A stretch of DNA of 63,068 bases, the filler included, from Reticulomyxa filosa (taxonomy: Eukaryota > Protista > Foraminifera), in NCBI GenBank assembly GCA_000512085.1. It is 23 parts of 23 records of this genome, joined end to end, with 100 filler letters (N's around TTAATTAATTAA, not from the genome) between each part and the next. Parts side by side here need not be neighbours in the genome. Positions count along the whole stretch, not along the records: positions 18,681 to 25,950 come from ASPP01014897.1; positions 26,051 to 33,036 come from ASPP01018471.1; positions 33,137 to 34,155 come from ASPP01040055.1; positions 34,256 to 35,370 come from ASPP01022553.1; positions 35,471 to 36,959 come from ASPP01028337.1; positions 37,060 to 39,016 come from ASPP01037156.1; 17 more parts are not named here. The stretch is one strand, 5' to 3'. Each line of letters opens with the position of its first letter. Position 1 is the stretch's first letter. Of the stretch, positions 25,631 to 38,255 are shown piece by piece. The position numbers were made by a program, and so were the translations under genes. The notes beneath the pieces are model-generated. The model was not told the DNA's origin, searched no databases, and was given only the letters and a program-made list of their open reading frames with translations.

Positions 25631-25860
25631 CGATGACGAGGATAGTGATAGTCGTGACGACAACGAGAGTGGCCAAGAGAGTGGTGAAGATGATAGCAAT
25701 GATGAAAAGGATGGATATCGTAGCAATAGTCATGTCGAGTCCGACTCGCACGGGCTCTCGTCACCCAAACCTAGCAAAAGTCCTCTCCCCATTTTGCATA
25801 CCTCTACCAAGCTTAAAGAAAAAGGAGTCATTTTGGCTTTTTATGGAGTTGGTTATGTTT
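24118..25860 (+). CDS. Type I L-asparaginase-like protein with substituted catalytic motifs and low-complexity insertions, 3' truncated
   Basis: KILIIVCGGSM, WSKLCSQIQNYYLEYDGFVIIHGRRTLCYTASALSFMLEHLGKPVVLT, YRGNR, FYSPNFPSIA. After a frameshift in the A-run at 25510-25514 comes an acidic tract, then KGVILAFYGVG. Confidence 0.85.
25520..25645 (+). repeat. GAA/GAG/GAT trinucleotide tract (poly-Glu/Asp in the corrected frame)
   Basis: Directly visible; explains the poly-M/K/H/S shadow ORFs. Confidence 0.9.
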
Positions 25861-26684
25861 CCAAAACATTTTTTTTTTTTTTTTTTATTTTTTTTGGAGC
25901 GTGCATTTGTTATTTTTTTCTTTTTTTTTTTTTTAAGTAGAAAAAAAAAANNNNNNNNNNNNNNNNNNNNNNNNNNNNNNNNNNNNNNNNNNNNTTAATT
26001 AATTAANNNNNNNNNNNNNNNNNNNNNNNNNNNNNNNNNNNNNNNNNNNNAAATGTAAGAAGCCACATTCCTTCAAAACTTAAGATATGTCGAATTATCT
26101 TGACACTTACAAGCACAATCTATTTCAAAATACAACTTTTTAATATTAACTATGAATGTATAAATATTAATTTTTGTTTACTTGTTGTTGTGCTGAAGAT
26201 ACTTTTTCTTCGATAAAAAAAATATATATATCCCATTATTATCATTGGCAAACTCAAGCCAAAAGTAAGGGCTCATGGAAGGGACGAATGTCCAAATACA
26301 TCAACTTGTTGTTTGTTTGATTACTTTGTAAGACATTGTATTCTTAGTACTGTATTCCATGTGAGTGAGATGCTTGATTATGGTGTTATTTCTTTTTTTG
26401 AATTTCAACAATACAACTTTCTCTCTAAAAAAAAAAAAATTTTCGATAGAATTGCCCATTTTTGCAACTTCTGTTCTTTTTCTCTTGATAAGATTAAAAA
26501 TTAGAACTTTTTTTCCTCTCAAGGACAATGAAATGTGTTTTCAAAAATATTTTGGCATAAAAAATAGGAATTTAACAATACACGTGATTTTTTTCAATGA
26601 AGAGAAGAAATTTTTTTAAAAGAACTTGTCCAAAACTGAGTGCGCATATCACAATTTTCTTTTCAAAAGCTGATAACACAACTC

Positions 26685-26928
26685 TTGGGATGCGACAATT
26701 TGTAAGTAGAGACTATTGCGGACAGGATTTTGCAACATTAACATAATTAAAATATACAGCATTTTGTTTTAATTTTAATCTAGTTTTTCTGGGCGTGAAA
26801 CTGATTAATAATAAACGGTCAAAAAAAGAAATAAAATTGATTATTGAATATGGATTTGAACTTCAAAAATAAAATTAGTATGGATTTATAATTTTGACAA
26901 AATTATTATGAAATACATGATGAAATAA
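26685..26928 (+). pseudogene. Isolated C-terminal copy of the 33-aa box module (probable Kelch-family gene end)
   Basis: 26819-26916 reads about SKKEIKLIIE(YW)I*TSKIKLVWIYNFDKIIMKY, then MMK* with no donor; preceded by TGGGATGCG..GTAAGT donor-like sequence. Confidence 0.6.
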
Positions 26929-28145
26929 AGTTTAATATATAGACATAATTGATTTTTTAATGAAGGAATATCTATAAATTATATCCTGTTTAAATATTGT
27001 TTTTGTTTGTTTTTGCAAATTTTTAAAAAGTTTACTAATTTGATTATGTTCAAAAAATACTCATTAAAAAGACAAAAAAGTGATAAATATTTTATTTTTT
27101 TTTGCAAAAACTGCTTATTTTCTATGAAATAAGTTATATTTGTGATAAGCATTTAAAAGTAATTGTTGACACATCTGTGTTTAACTGCAATTGCTTGTAT
27201 TTTTATTTTGACTTTGTTTTTAATTTTATTATTTAGCATTGAGATTATATTTGCTTTTCATATCATCAAAAGTTCATTTTCTTGAATGTGTGCATGTATT
27301 ATCAATAATATGTTACTGTTGGCATTTATATTGCAACAATGACTTATTCTCTTTTATTTATAACGTACAACAGTCAAAAGTTAAGAAAAAAGGAAAATAT
27401 TTTGATGCAACTTGCAATAACAAATTATTACTGATTAATTACTTTATTATTTACTTTTGTTTTTCTGACATAAAGTATAATGCGAAAGCCTCGGAGCAAA
27501 GTTTACTGATACTACCTTGTTTGTTACTTTTTCTCAATTAAAGAAATGAAAAGTATGTAAATCCGAAACAGTAAAATGCAGAAACAAGAACAATTCGAGT
27601 AAACACAAATGTGTTATGTCGAAAATAACATCCAAGCAATTCATTGCAATGTTAATTGATTCGCAAACCAATAGAAAAGCTTGTTATCAAATTGACTATA
27701 AATGATTGTTCATTCCTGAATAAAAAAACATACAAATAATCTCAATTAAATTAAATACGCAGCATCAAGCAAAAAATTATTTTACACTGATGCTGTCACT
27801 ATATTGCTTATCTAACTTGATTGAAGATCGATCATTTGAGAAAATTAGTGAACTCAAGATTATTACTTGTAAAGTTGTATTAAATGATTATTTATATTAT
27901 CCAAAGATCATATTATCATGACTGCATTTGATTTGAAGAAGAAGATAATGTCTAGTATTTCTTAGTAGTTTGTGTTGTAATGAAGTAAGTTGCAGTTAGT
28001 TGACAAATGTCTACTAAAATAAACTGTAATAATGAAATTGCTCTCGTAAATAAAGGAATTATAAATAGTGTGAAAAAAAGTATAAAATAAAGATGGCAAC
28101 GATAATGATTGACTTTATATGATGCTATTGACAACTCTACAAGAC

Positions 28146-31100
28146 TTATGATGAGAGAAAGTCTGTCGTGAACGGAACAAATACTAATCCGACAGCCGGT
28201 AAGAATTGTCTTCCACAAAGAATGCTTTCTGTATTGCTTGCAAGCATTTCTTTTATCCAACCCTATCCAACACAATTGATAAAGTAAGCATTCACAAAAA
28301 GAAAAAAGCTGACAAAAAAACAGACAAACCAGTCGCTGTTGGTTGAGTGATTGCAAAGGATTATCAGAATGCAATTGATGGAGAATAATAGGCATAAACT
28401 TGATCAATAATTCTCTAAATTTGATTTTGACAATGTCATTGGTTTTATTTTCAACGGCGTCCTTTCGTTGTTGCAATGGAATTTGATGACGTCGAATGGT
28501 ATTCCATTGATCAATGAAGCAACACAACAAGTTTGGATCGTCGATAATTTTATTAAAAATATGGACATGCAGCAAGGATCGGTTGCAAGCATTCCAGGGA
28601 TTTTGCAGGTACTCTTGGGATCGTAACAAATCATCGGCGAGAATTTCGGTGAACAGTTTGATGATGCGAATACTCAAGAAATTGATCAGCATGTGATTAG
28701 GAAGCCATGGAACAAAAGATCTCATCCGTGATGGTTTAATCGCGTCATAATGATTTTCAGTCACTTTCAACACGGAGGCAATATCTTTGTGCAAGAGCAA
28801 GTGTCCAAGTTTTCGAAAGGATATACCATTGCCATGGGAATGGGTGTTGCATTCCTTTGAATGAAGTTGGGACTTTGTCGTTCCTCGATGAAGAGCTTCG
28901 TTGGTGATATTTGCAAGTGCCCTATAAGAGCCTCCCCGAATTTGGAGTTTGTGAACACAACTTTTCAGAGATGCGGTCACTGCTCCTTTGGTCGAGCCTT
29001 TGGACACTGCGTCTTTGTTTATCGTCGATGTGAGATTGTTGCTATGATCTGCTGCACTAAGCGGCGGAATTGGCAGCACTGTCCAGCCACAGCTCATTTC
29101 CATTACTTTGTTCGATTCCAACTCAGATTGGTCCTTCTTTTGTTTCATACACATACGCAAAGAGATATACAATAATAGTAATTAATAATCAATAATAATA
29201 GCAACGAAAACAAAACTTGGTTATTTTGAGAGACAAAACGCGGGGAAGCAACAATAATGCACAATTCGAACAACAATTCCAATGGCTTGTCATTGTCCAA
29301 TTTGACGAGAAAGGAGTTCCAACGTGTGACAGTGGAGGACGCGACGGAACTTTTCCAGACTTTGCCATTGACAATCCATTGGTCTTCTTCCTCTCGTCGC
29401 CAACTTGCGGGCATGGTCAGCACATTGCTGGCGGGCTTGTTCGTGTTCTTGTCCCACAAACACACTCGAATTTGCCGAGCAAGAATGCGTTCTCGAGCAA
29501 GTAGAGAAGGAATTGGCACTCCGCTGCAATCCGTTATCGTAAACTGCTTGCAATTGGCTTGATTCGCTATCTGTGTTTGTTTTCGTGCAATCAAATTATT
29601 GTTTTCTACAAACAGAATAAGAGAACGAAAAAAAAAAGCGAAATCGACTCAAGACCGGTTGCAATGCTTTTGTTCGAGGATGGACATGGAGATTGGCAAA
29701 CCCAATACCATCTGCACTGGGCTGAGGTTTCAAACGCCCACTGGCCATGTATTGCAATCCATCCGTTTGATTTTTCGCAATCTCTGCCAACATCGACTTT
29801 CGAAAATGTTTGGGCATACCTTCAAACGCCTCAAAGTATTCTTGGAGTGGATCAATTTGGCCTCGCAACAGTCGTCGGACAACAACATTCGACCTTTTTT
29901 TGTGATTGCAATTTGTCTTTGATTGGAGAGACAAAAGAAAATGAGTTCCCTGACCTTTTTCTCACAGAAACACTCAGGAAGAAAACAACAAAACTGTGGA
30001 GAATTGCAGTTCAGAATACAAACAAACTCATCAAAGTCAATATGTCCATTCGAATTGGAATCGGCAATACATAAAATGTGATTTATATCATCCTCTTCCA
30101 AATGTGGACACATTTTACGTATGGCCTTTTATACGTATATACATTTGTTTGTCGATATCAATGATGATGTGTGCTGTCAAACAAATTGAAAAAAGTCAAA
30201 ACTGCAATGAATTGCGAATAATTCAGATACCCCGAGACATTGGTATCAAAAAGTTCGAAAATGGTTTGCAGGGTTTGCCAATGAAATCCGTGTTTGATTT
30301 TCTCTTGAAAAAATTGACGATAGAAGAATTGAAATTCATGAAAATCAATTTGTCCGGAATTGTCAGTATCCAATTGGCCCATAAATTGTTTCAACTGTTC
30401 TTCGTTCTTGTCGATCCCGAGTGCTCTTAGGGCATCCCCGAGTTCGACTTCATTCAACGTGCCATCTCCATTTCGATCAAAGTATAATAGCAGTTGCTTC
30501 CACATTTTGACGATATATTCATCGTCGTTGCTATCCACAGATGCATTGCAAGGGTCTCTGGCTTCGTACGTCGCTATGGCATTTTCGATCGCTTGCAATT
30601 CGTCCAATGGACGTCGATGACTGACTGCAAAGGTGCAGCTGACATCATTCGCTGTCATTTGCTTTAGCCGTTTGATAAGCCATACAAGTGCTTTCGAATC
30701 TTTCTCAAAAGAGTTCAACAGTGATGTCACGTCATTCTTTGTTTGTGCTGAAGGCAGCACGAGCAAGTTGCATAATACTTCGCCATTCCACTCATTACGT
30801 GACACAATATCACACAGTACTCTTTTCCACTTCGATATCTGTTCAAAATTGTCTTTCTCGTGTTCTATGCCATCCCCATTACTTACCCATTCCAACAGTT
30901 GCTTTGTGCTCATATCTTCAATATACATTTTTACTTCGCTCTTTTTCTCTTCCTGCTCTTTTTCTTTTTCTTCTTTCTTCTTCTCACATGCTGTGTCACA
31001 CACGTGTTCCTCGGTGCTTTTCGGAGTTGATATCACGCCCTTTTTCAGAGCTTCTAAACACAAATCCACAGCCTAAACAGTTTGCATTTCAACCAACAAA

Positions 31101-31848
31101 ACAATGATACTTTGTTGAAACATGGTTAGCTTTTATTTTTTTTGAGAGGGGGAAGAGTGTCAGCACGAAAAGCTTTTCGTTTCAAACGTGAGTGTACAAA
31201 TATTGTAGCTTATATAGATATACTCAGGTCTTGACCTGAAAATCTAAAGCTCCATTGTGCATTCGAATGAGTTGCAAGAGATCTATGAATGTTGTTGAAT
31301 TCTCTAAAATATCTAGGTGGTTTTGTTTAATCCGATCATTTATTTCACTCAATACTTCATTATGAACTGGCTCAAACTCGGTAATGAATTCTACAAATTT
31401 CTAGTGAAAGAAAAAAAATACTGCCACTTCGAAGAAGATTTTGTTTTTGTATGTATGCTAAACTTCGAATGATAGCCAGGCCTCTGTTGTTTGGCGTTGC
31501 TCTCCAAATACCATTTTTAGAACTTCACTAAGGAGATCATGATGATAGTTAAGGTTCATATACTGTAAAGCATGTTCAAATTCCTTCTCGTCTATCCAGA
31601 AGACAATAAAAAAAAGTTGACTGATAAAATTTTTTTATGGAAATTTTTATCGTTAATTTATTTATGACCGAACCAAGAAATCCAGATTTGTCGACATCAT
31701 ACTTTTCAAAAGACTCTTTCATTGTATTCCATTCTTCGGATGTGTAGGACAGCTAATTGAAAAAGAATCCACACACAAACAGCTAGAACAAATTAGTCAC
31801 ACAAAAGGATAACATAAAACTGCAAACCGATTCCGATAGGGCAGTCAT
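28146..31848 (-). CDS. NPHP1: Multi-exon EF-hand protein fused to a nephrocystin-1 C-terminal homology domain
   Basis: EF-hands DVDKSG, DRNGDG, DTDNSG, DTNVSG, DSNSNG. Then GMPKHFRKSML..LKPQPS..GFANL, CSGVPIP..ILARQIRVCLWD..SNV..ASW, LLFEL, EMSCGW, LQIRGG, LPNHML..ILADDLL, all collinear with NPHP1. Last exon GWIKEM..VPFTTDFLSS*. Confidence 0.8.
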
Positions 31849-32061
31849 TTTTGTTCAATTACAAAAGTGTGGGAGTGACAGTTATGTTATCAAGGCACTT
31901 ACGTCACTGCATGTATGTCTTCAATTTGATTTAATCAACGTACAACAAATAGGAAATAGAGAAGTCATGTTTTGCAATATTTATTCGTAAAGCACTGTTC
32001 AGACTTAATCTGTTTCTCTTTTTTTCTAAAGATTGCTTTTCCTCCTCAAAAACTCTCAATC

Positions 32062-33036
32062 ATGCCCAACGAAAAATTAGATAATTTTATTAGTCTGGAG
32101 GGCATTTCGTCGGATCACATTTTCAAAGTGGAGAGTATCTCTCCGAAAGATTCGATTGGTGTAATTGAAGACCTTGGTTTTTATTTTGTCGTCAAAGAAA
32201 GAAAGCATCGGACTGCATGGTATATTAGTAAAGATACAAAGCGATTCATCTCCAATATTTTGTTGGAGAAGGCTGAAGAGTCTGTCCTTGTGAGTATTTC
32301 AAACACGAGACCAGCAGTGTTTCCAAAGTGCATACACACGTATATATGAATATGTATATATGCATATATGTATGTACAACACAGGCAAACGATGCAGCAA
32401 AAGCTCAAGAGCTACTAAATGGATCATTGCGTTACGATGAATCGAATGTCCGTGCGTTGAATTTGTATGGAAAACTGTTGTGTGCAGCCAAGTTGTATGA
32501 AGAAGCATTGGACATCTACGGTCAATGTTTGAGTGCTGACCCAACAAACTTGGAAGCACTAACAAGCCGTGCCACCATTTACTACCAAAATATTAAAACG
32601 CCCAAATATAACGAAGCCGAGTGGCATTTCAAATTGGCACACAAATTCCATTTCGACAATGTTATTTTTTCTTGAAAAAAAAAAGATTGAAAACGAAAAA
32701 AAAAAACAGCATCCAAATCCTTAACTTTTTCAAAAAAAAAAAAAAAAGGTATTGTTATTAGGAATGTATGCAAATTTCTTGAGCGAAATGGGCAAAGACA
32801 AGACATTGGCAGATAAGTACTATAAAAAAGCGTTGGAGACAATGGAAACGAAAAGTAATGAAGAAACGTCGTCTACTCAAAAAAAGAAGAAAAAGCAATC
32901 AAAACTTGTGTTGCAAGTGAGTAGTTGCACAACTGAAACAGGTTCATCACTTCCCCTCCGCGCTGATGACAATCCCAATGATAATACTGCTAGTGTTAAT
33001 TCCATTATAAATACAAATGCAAATGCAAATGCAAAT
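32062..33036 (+). CDS. TPR-containing protein, three exons visible, 3' truncated; divergent from the NPHP1-like gene (about 210 nt apart)
   Basis: NVRALNLYGKLL..YEEALDIYGQCLSADPTNLEAL; YANFLSEM..ADKYYKKAL. Confidence 0.7.
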
Positions 33037-34262
33037 NNNNNNNNNNNNNNNNNNNNNNNNNNNNNNNNNNNNNNNNNNNNTTAATTAATTAANNNNNNNN
33101 NNNNNNNNNNNNNNNNNNNNNNNNNNNNNNNNNNNNATAATAACTGAAGCAGCAATTTTTTTCATATGTTGAAACATTTTATTTTTGTCTTACTTCCACT
33201 TAGAACCGATAAAATCAAAAAAACAAAGTCTTGAACTACTTAAAACATCATTTAAATGTATGATCATAAAGATTGTTTTGGTCGGTTTCGAGGATCTTCT
33301 AAACACTGTAAAGACGATGCAAAAAATATAGTAATTAAACACCAAAACATTGGTAAACAGTCTTGACTGAGACTATGAATTGCAAAAAAAAACAGTCTGT
33401 TCATGCGGCTTATGAAATTGACTACCCTCATTATATTATTTAACAATTGTTAATATTTAAATGACGAATCACAAATATATAAAAACAAAAAGCCAACAAA
33501 TTTTTCCAATTTTTTGATTGTCATCCATTCTTACACGCGAAAGCCACAATTAATAAAACATTACGAGGCAAGAAATCATTGTTATTCTATTTGTTAAATG
33601 AACACGCCTTTAAGTGCTTGTTTATCATTTATTCTCTTGTCCAATTATGTACAATTGACTAAAATGCTTTTTTCATTTGCTAAATAGTCTTATAAATTGA
33701 GAACAGCCTAAATATGTGTTGAAATTGCATTATTGTCTCGTTTGCTATGACGAAACTATACAAATGTAATGAAAAAAAGAATGTCAAAATTATAATGTGA
33801 AATTTTTTAATACATTTTTGTCCAACTAGAAATGGTTTAATATTATAATTATTCTAGCAAACAAAAAATAATTTTTTTAAAAATAAAAAGTGCGATTCAT
33901 ATAAAATGAAAATAGTATATATGTTTAATTATCAATTTAAAAAATAAAATAAAAAACATTTACAATAAATTTTTCTTGACAACAACAGTTTTTTCCACGT
34001 AAAATATAATAAAACGAATTATGAAATCTAAATATATATAGGGTCTCCGGCAAAATTAGCACGTGTGTAACACTTTTTATAAAATAAAATATTTGTTTTT
34101 AAATTAAATATAATTATAAATTTTTATCAAAAACCTGTTAGCTATGCCGAAAAATNNNNNNNNNNNNNNNNNNNNNNNNNNNNNNNNNNNNNNNNNNNNT
34201 TAATTAATTAANNNNNNNNNNNNNNNNNNNNNNNNNNNNNNNNNNNNNNNNNNNNAAAATTA

Positions 34263-35324
34263 TTACTGAAAGTTATATTTTCGATGAGCAATAGAAGGTC
34301 CAATTTCATCATAAGCACTTTTCGGTATCCACATTTTTTGAAAAGGACTCAGACAACTCAAAATACTCCCTCCAATCCAAGCTGAATATTTACGCTCTGG
34401 TGGGGACACAATTCTAATTTTTGTGCTATTTGGCAACAAAGCCTCCAATTCTTTTGTCATTCGTTCTGCAATACCTCCAAACATAGTATTTCCTCCAGCA
34501 AATACAATATTATTATATAAATCTTTTTGAATATCTTGATTACATTTGAGAATAGACGTACGAACCATTTTGTGGATGCCATCTTGTTCTAGTCCGAGTA
34601 AACTTGGAGTAAATAACGGTTCTGGGCATTTGAATTGTTCTTGATCAATTCGGATCACCATTCCATCAGGAAGTTCATAAGATCTTTGTTCAATTTTATT
34701 TTTTTCGGTTTTCAGAGCATCTTCGTAATTAAGTGTCACAAATGCCAATTTTTCTTTAATATCTCTGACTAGCTCCTTTTCTGCGATTGTGGTAAAAGTA
34801 TAACCCCGTTCTGACAGTAGTTTCGTCATATAATCAACTAACTGCTCACCACCCATATCCAACTGTGACAAAGCAGAATTCACAAAGCTCCCATCCTGAA
34901 CTGGTACACCCAAAGTAATTCCATGTCCACTCTGGATTACCATACCTGTGTGATTTCCTGTTGCAAACAATGACAACACAGCCGCAGGTGCAAGATAGAA
35001 AGAAGGAACGTCAAATGCTTCGTATATAATTTGCGCTGTTTTTTCGCGATGTGTTTCAGTATTGAAAGGATTGTCAGTCATCAATACAGGAACCTCTTCT
35101 GGATCAACACGAAGCTCACTTTTTGTATTTATCGTGTTTGTTAAACACACTCCCACATATGCAACAACATACATCCGCGGTATGCATTACATCAATCAAA
35201 CTTGTATAAAGTGTGATGCCAAACATATTCCATGTCGTCCCAATGTTCAATTATTCCACGAGGCAGTGGACATCTGAAGATCAGACCTCTGGTTGACGAC
35301 AGCTCTCCATACATGTAGGCTGGC
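34263..35324 (-). CDS. Divergent actin-like protein, 5' truncated
   Basis: Exons 35324-35202 (..RGIIEHWDDMEYVWHHTLYN) and 35118-34263 (ELRVDPEE..RDIKEKL..YELPDG..GGNTMF..PPERKYSAWIGGSIL). Confidence 0.9.
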
Positions 35325-35665
35325 CTATTTTACACAATGAAGGAATTATTGACAAGAACAAATTTGGATGNNNNNNNNNNNNNNNNNNNNNNNNNNNNNN
35401 NNNNNNNNNNNNNNTTAATTAATTAANNNNNNNNNNNNNNNNNNNNNNNNNNNNNNNNNNNNNNNNNNNNAAGAAGAAAGAGGGGAAAAGAACAAACCGA
35501 ATTTGCGCAAGGAATTGTTGTCCCATCACTCCTTTTTCAATAAGATTGGAGTGGAGTGAAGGGGGAGGGGGAGGGGGAGAGGGAGGGAAAAAAAAAGTAC
35601 GTATGAACATGAGAATATATTTGCAATAGAGTTGGCACAGAGGTCGTAAACATCCGCGCAATTTG

Positions 35666-36959
35666 ATGAACACAAGGAACAGTGGTGATGACAGTATTGG
35701 CATTGGATACAACAATGCAGACAATCAAAGCCGAAGTGTGAATTACGGCGCAAATGCAAACAGTAGCAACGTCGGTGGAATTGAAAATAATGCAAGTGCT
35801 CATCCAAGAACCTTACAAAATACTATCTATGCCAATGATGGGAACTCTACCAACAGTAATAACAATAACAATGATGCCTATAACAGCAATCGAAATAATA
35901 CAAATATGAGTGGCGACCCAAATGACAATTTCATTGACAATGCCTCTGTCAATAACTCCAATGCCAATGATGATGTCCGTCATTCCAATTCTACTCTCCA
36001 TTCATTTCGAGGTATGTCATTTTATTTGTGGTTATATCGCTTCAATCTGCTCATTTTTTTATTTTTTTATTTTTTTAAAAAAAAGGACGAGGATATAACA
36101 GCAGTCAAGGAAATCTGATGAATGAGAGCAATGGACTTCCAGACATGCGAGACAATGTACATGGAAGACAACCACAAGTGCAGTGTGTATACTTTGTTTT
36201 GTGTTCAATTTGACTGATTGTTTTTTTTTTTTTTTGTATGCGTTCAGGGAGAAAGAGATGGAGCAACAGGACAATCATATCAAACCTCATCCGATCAACA
36301 GAGAGCTAAGATTATTGATCCAAATACAAACAATAGTAATAGTATCATACAAGGACAAACGCAAGCGACATTAATTGATGGACAAACACAGAGTCAATCT
36401 CAAGCCCCGATGCAAACACAAGTACAAACACAAGCACAAGCAATTGGATTGGGCAACTTGCTGTCCTCTGGAGAAATGAATAGTATATCTTCTTCAGTAG
36501 GAAAGCAATTGCAAGCCCAAACATCCATTTCTGGATTAGTACGACAATCCACTCCACGTCCACAAACTGTCTCTCTCCCTTTCATCAACACTGTCACCAC
36601 TGATACCTTCTTACAAACCCAATCATTCAATCTCCAGGTTTTTCCTATTTACATTCATTGATTACAACAAACATATACACGTATACATATGTGTATATTG
36701 TGCGATAGCAAGGGCCGAATCAAATGGTATTTTTACCAACGACGTCAGGATTCCAAACTATCAGTTACCACCAAACTCTTTTTGTTTGTTTCGCAAATGA
36801 GAAAAAACAGCGTCGACAAATGGAAATAGACCCTGTGCAAGCGAACATTCCTGATGGAATGATATTGACGCAACAACCTCAACAGATGTTATTGCTCCAA
36901 CAACTGCAATCACAGAATAGGATCACCCCTCAACAAGGAGCGCAGCCAATGCTTGTGCC
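35666..36959 (+). CDS. Asn/Gln-rich low-complexity protein fragment, multi-exon
   Basis: Successive ORFs 35663-36118, 36218-36661 and 36724 onward, separated by T-rich intron-like tracts; no domain recognised. Confidence 0.5.
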
Positions 36960-37814
36960 NNNNNNNNNNNNNNNNNNNNNNNNNNNNNNNNNNNNNNNNN
37001 NNNTTAATTAATTAANNNNNNNNNNNNNNNNNNNNNNNNNNNNNNNNNNNNNNNNNNNNCATCATAATCATCAAATTGGAAACTTCCAATCTTCTTTTTT
37101 TTTCTCCTGGAACTACAATTCGACAATTCACACATCTCGATCCCAATTTGGAAATATGGATCATACTTTTGATTTACTGTAGTTAAACAAGTCAATGTGA
37201 GTTCAATCGAAATAAGATTATTTGGAGTCTCTAATACTCGTTCATTTATTTTATATTTGATTTTGTATCCTTACTTTTTTTTCATTCTTGCATTTATTTA
37301 CATTTTCAATAACATTTACATACTCCTTTTCTTTTTCGTTTTCATGTTCATTGAATAACATATGAAAAGGCATCTTGCAATGTCTTTTTGAATAACAAAA
37401 AGTTTTGAGTTTGTTCATTTCTAAGATGATTCCATTGATCGGACCCTATTTTCAATAAAGTGATGAAGATATCCAAAGTGCTTGAAATATCTGTCCGTCG
37501 GGATAAATGGAAGATAAATCAGAAATGAAAGAGTTGGCAAAGGAATTGTTTGGATTTTGAATGGAGCAAACAATGGAGCCACCAATAGAGACCATAAAAT
37601 TTTTGTCAATTAAATATAATGAAAATAAAAATTTAAATATTATACATATGTATATTATTATTTTGTGATTTAAATGCAATATTTAAGTATTCAATAAAAA
37701 ATATAAATATATTTTGCCTAACTTCATTGAATGAAGATAAAACTTATATGAAAAAAGTATGTCTATTAAATCGATTAACAAATAATTAATAAGTAATTTA
37801 TATAAATAACTATT

Positions 37815-37940
37815 AGAGATTTTAAATTATCAATAATTTTACAAGCACATGAATACGTACAAAAGTTTCTCCAGATAGTAAATTTATTATATCGTGTTCA
37901 AGTGATAATACAATTCGATTATGGAATGCAAAATCGGGAA
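37815..37940 (+). pseudogene. WD40 fragment
   Basis: PDSKFIISCSSDNTIRLWNAKSG. Confidence 0.7.
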
Positions 37941-38255
37941 ACTTTGAAAGATTTGCATACTCCACTTTCTCGATTTCAATACGAAATAATTATTTGTGGA
38001 TGTTATCGACAAAGAGCTGTTATTTTTATCATACAGTCAGAAACGAATACAAGTTTATCTGTCATTATCCAAGTCAATGTTAAAATAGATATAGATAATA
38101 ATTACAAAGATATTTTTGTTATCTTTTGGATCTAATTGGAAAGGAGGAAATATACATACATTGATAATGAAATATGTAAGTGTTTGTGGTGATATATCAA
38201 ACAAATCAAGCAATTACAGTCAATGGATTCCTTTCACAGACAATCAAAATCCAAA
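37941..38255 (+). pseudogene. Kelch-like family pseudogene
   Basis: TLKDLHTPLSRFQ, YEIIICGCYRQRA, YHTVRNEYKFICHYPS, LLSFGSNWKGGNIHTLIMKYVSV, QWIPFTDNQNP in shifting frames. Confidence 0.75.

Noticed and set aside
25515-25998. Poly-Lys/Met tail of the 626-aa ORF
   Set aside because: Wrong frame after the homopolymer slip; the alternative frame recovers the asparaginase motif KGVILAFYGVG.
27952-28145. Hydrophobic C-terminus of the 406-aa ORF
   Set aside because: Read-through of an intron; the spliced last exon ends at TAA 28146-28148.
34039-34075. Possible Tc1/mariner TIR (TA TAGGGTCTCCGGCAAAATT)
   Set aside because: Only a resemblance; there is no second copy or partner end in the window.
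37452-37610. VSIGGSIVCSI resembling the actin WIGGSILASL motif
   Set aside because: The flanking residues are not actin-like; probably chance.
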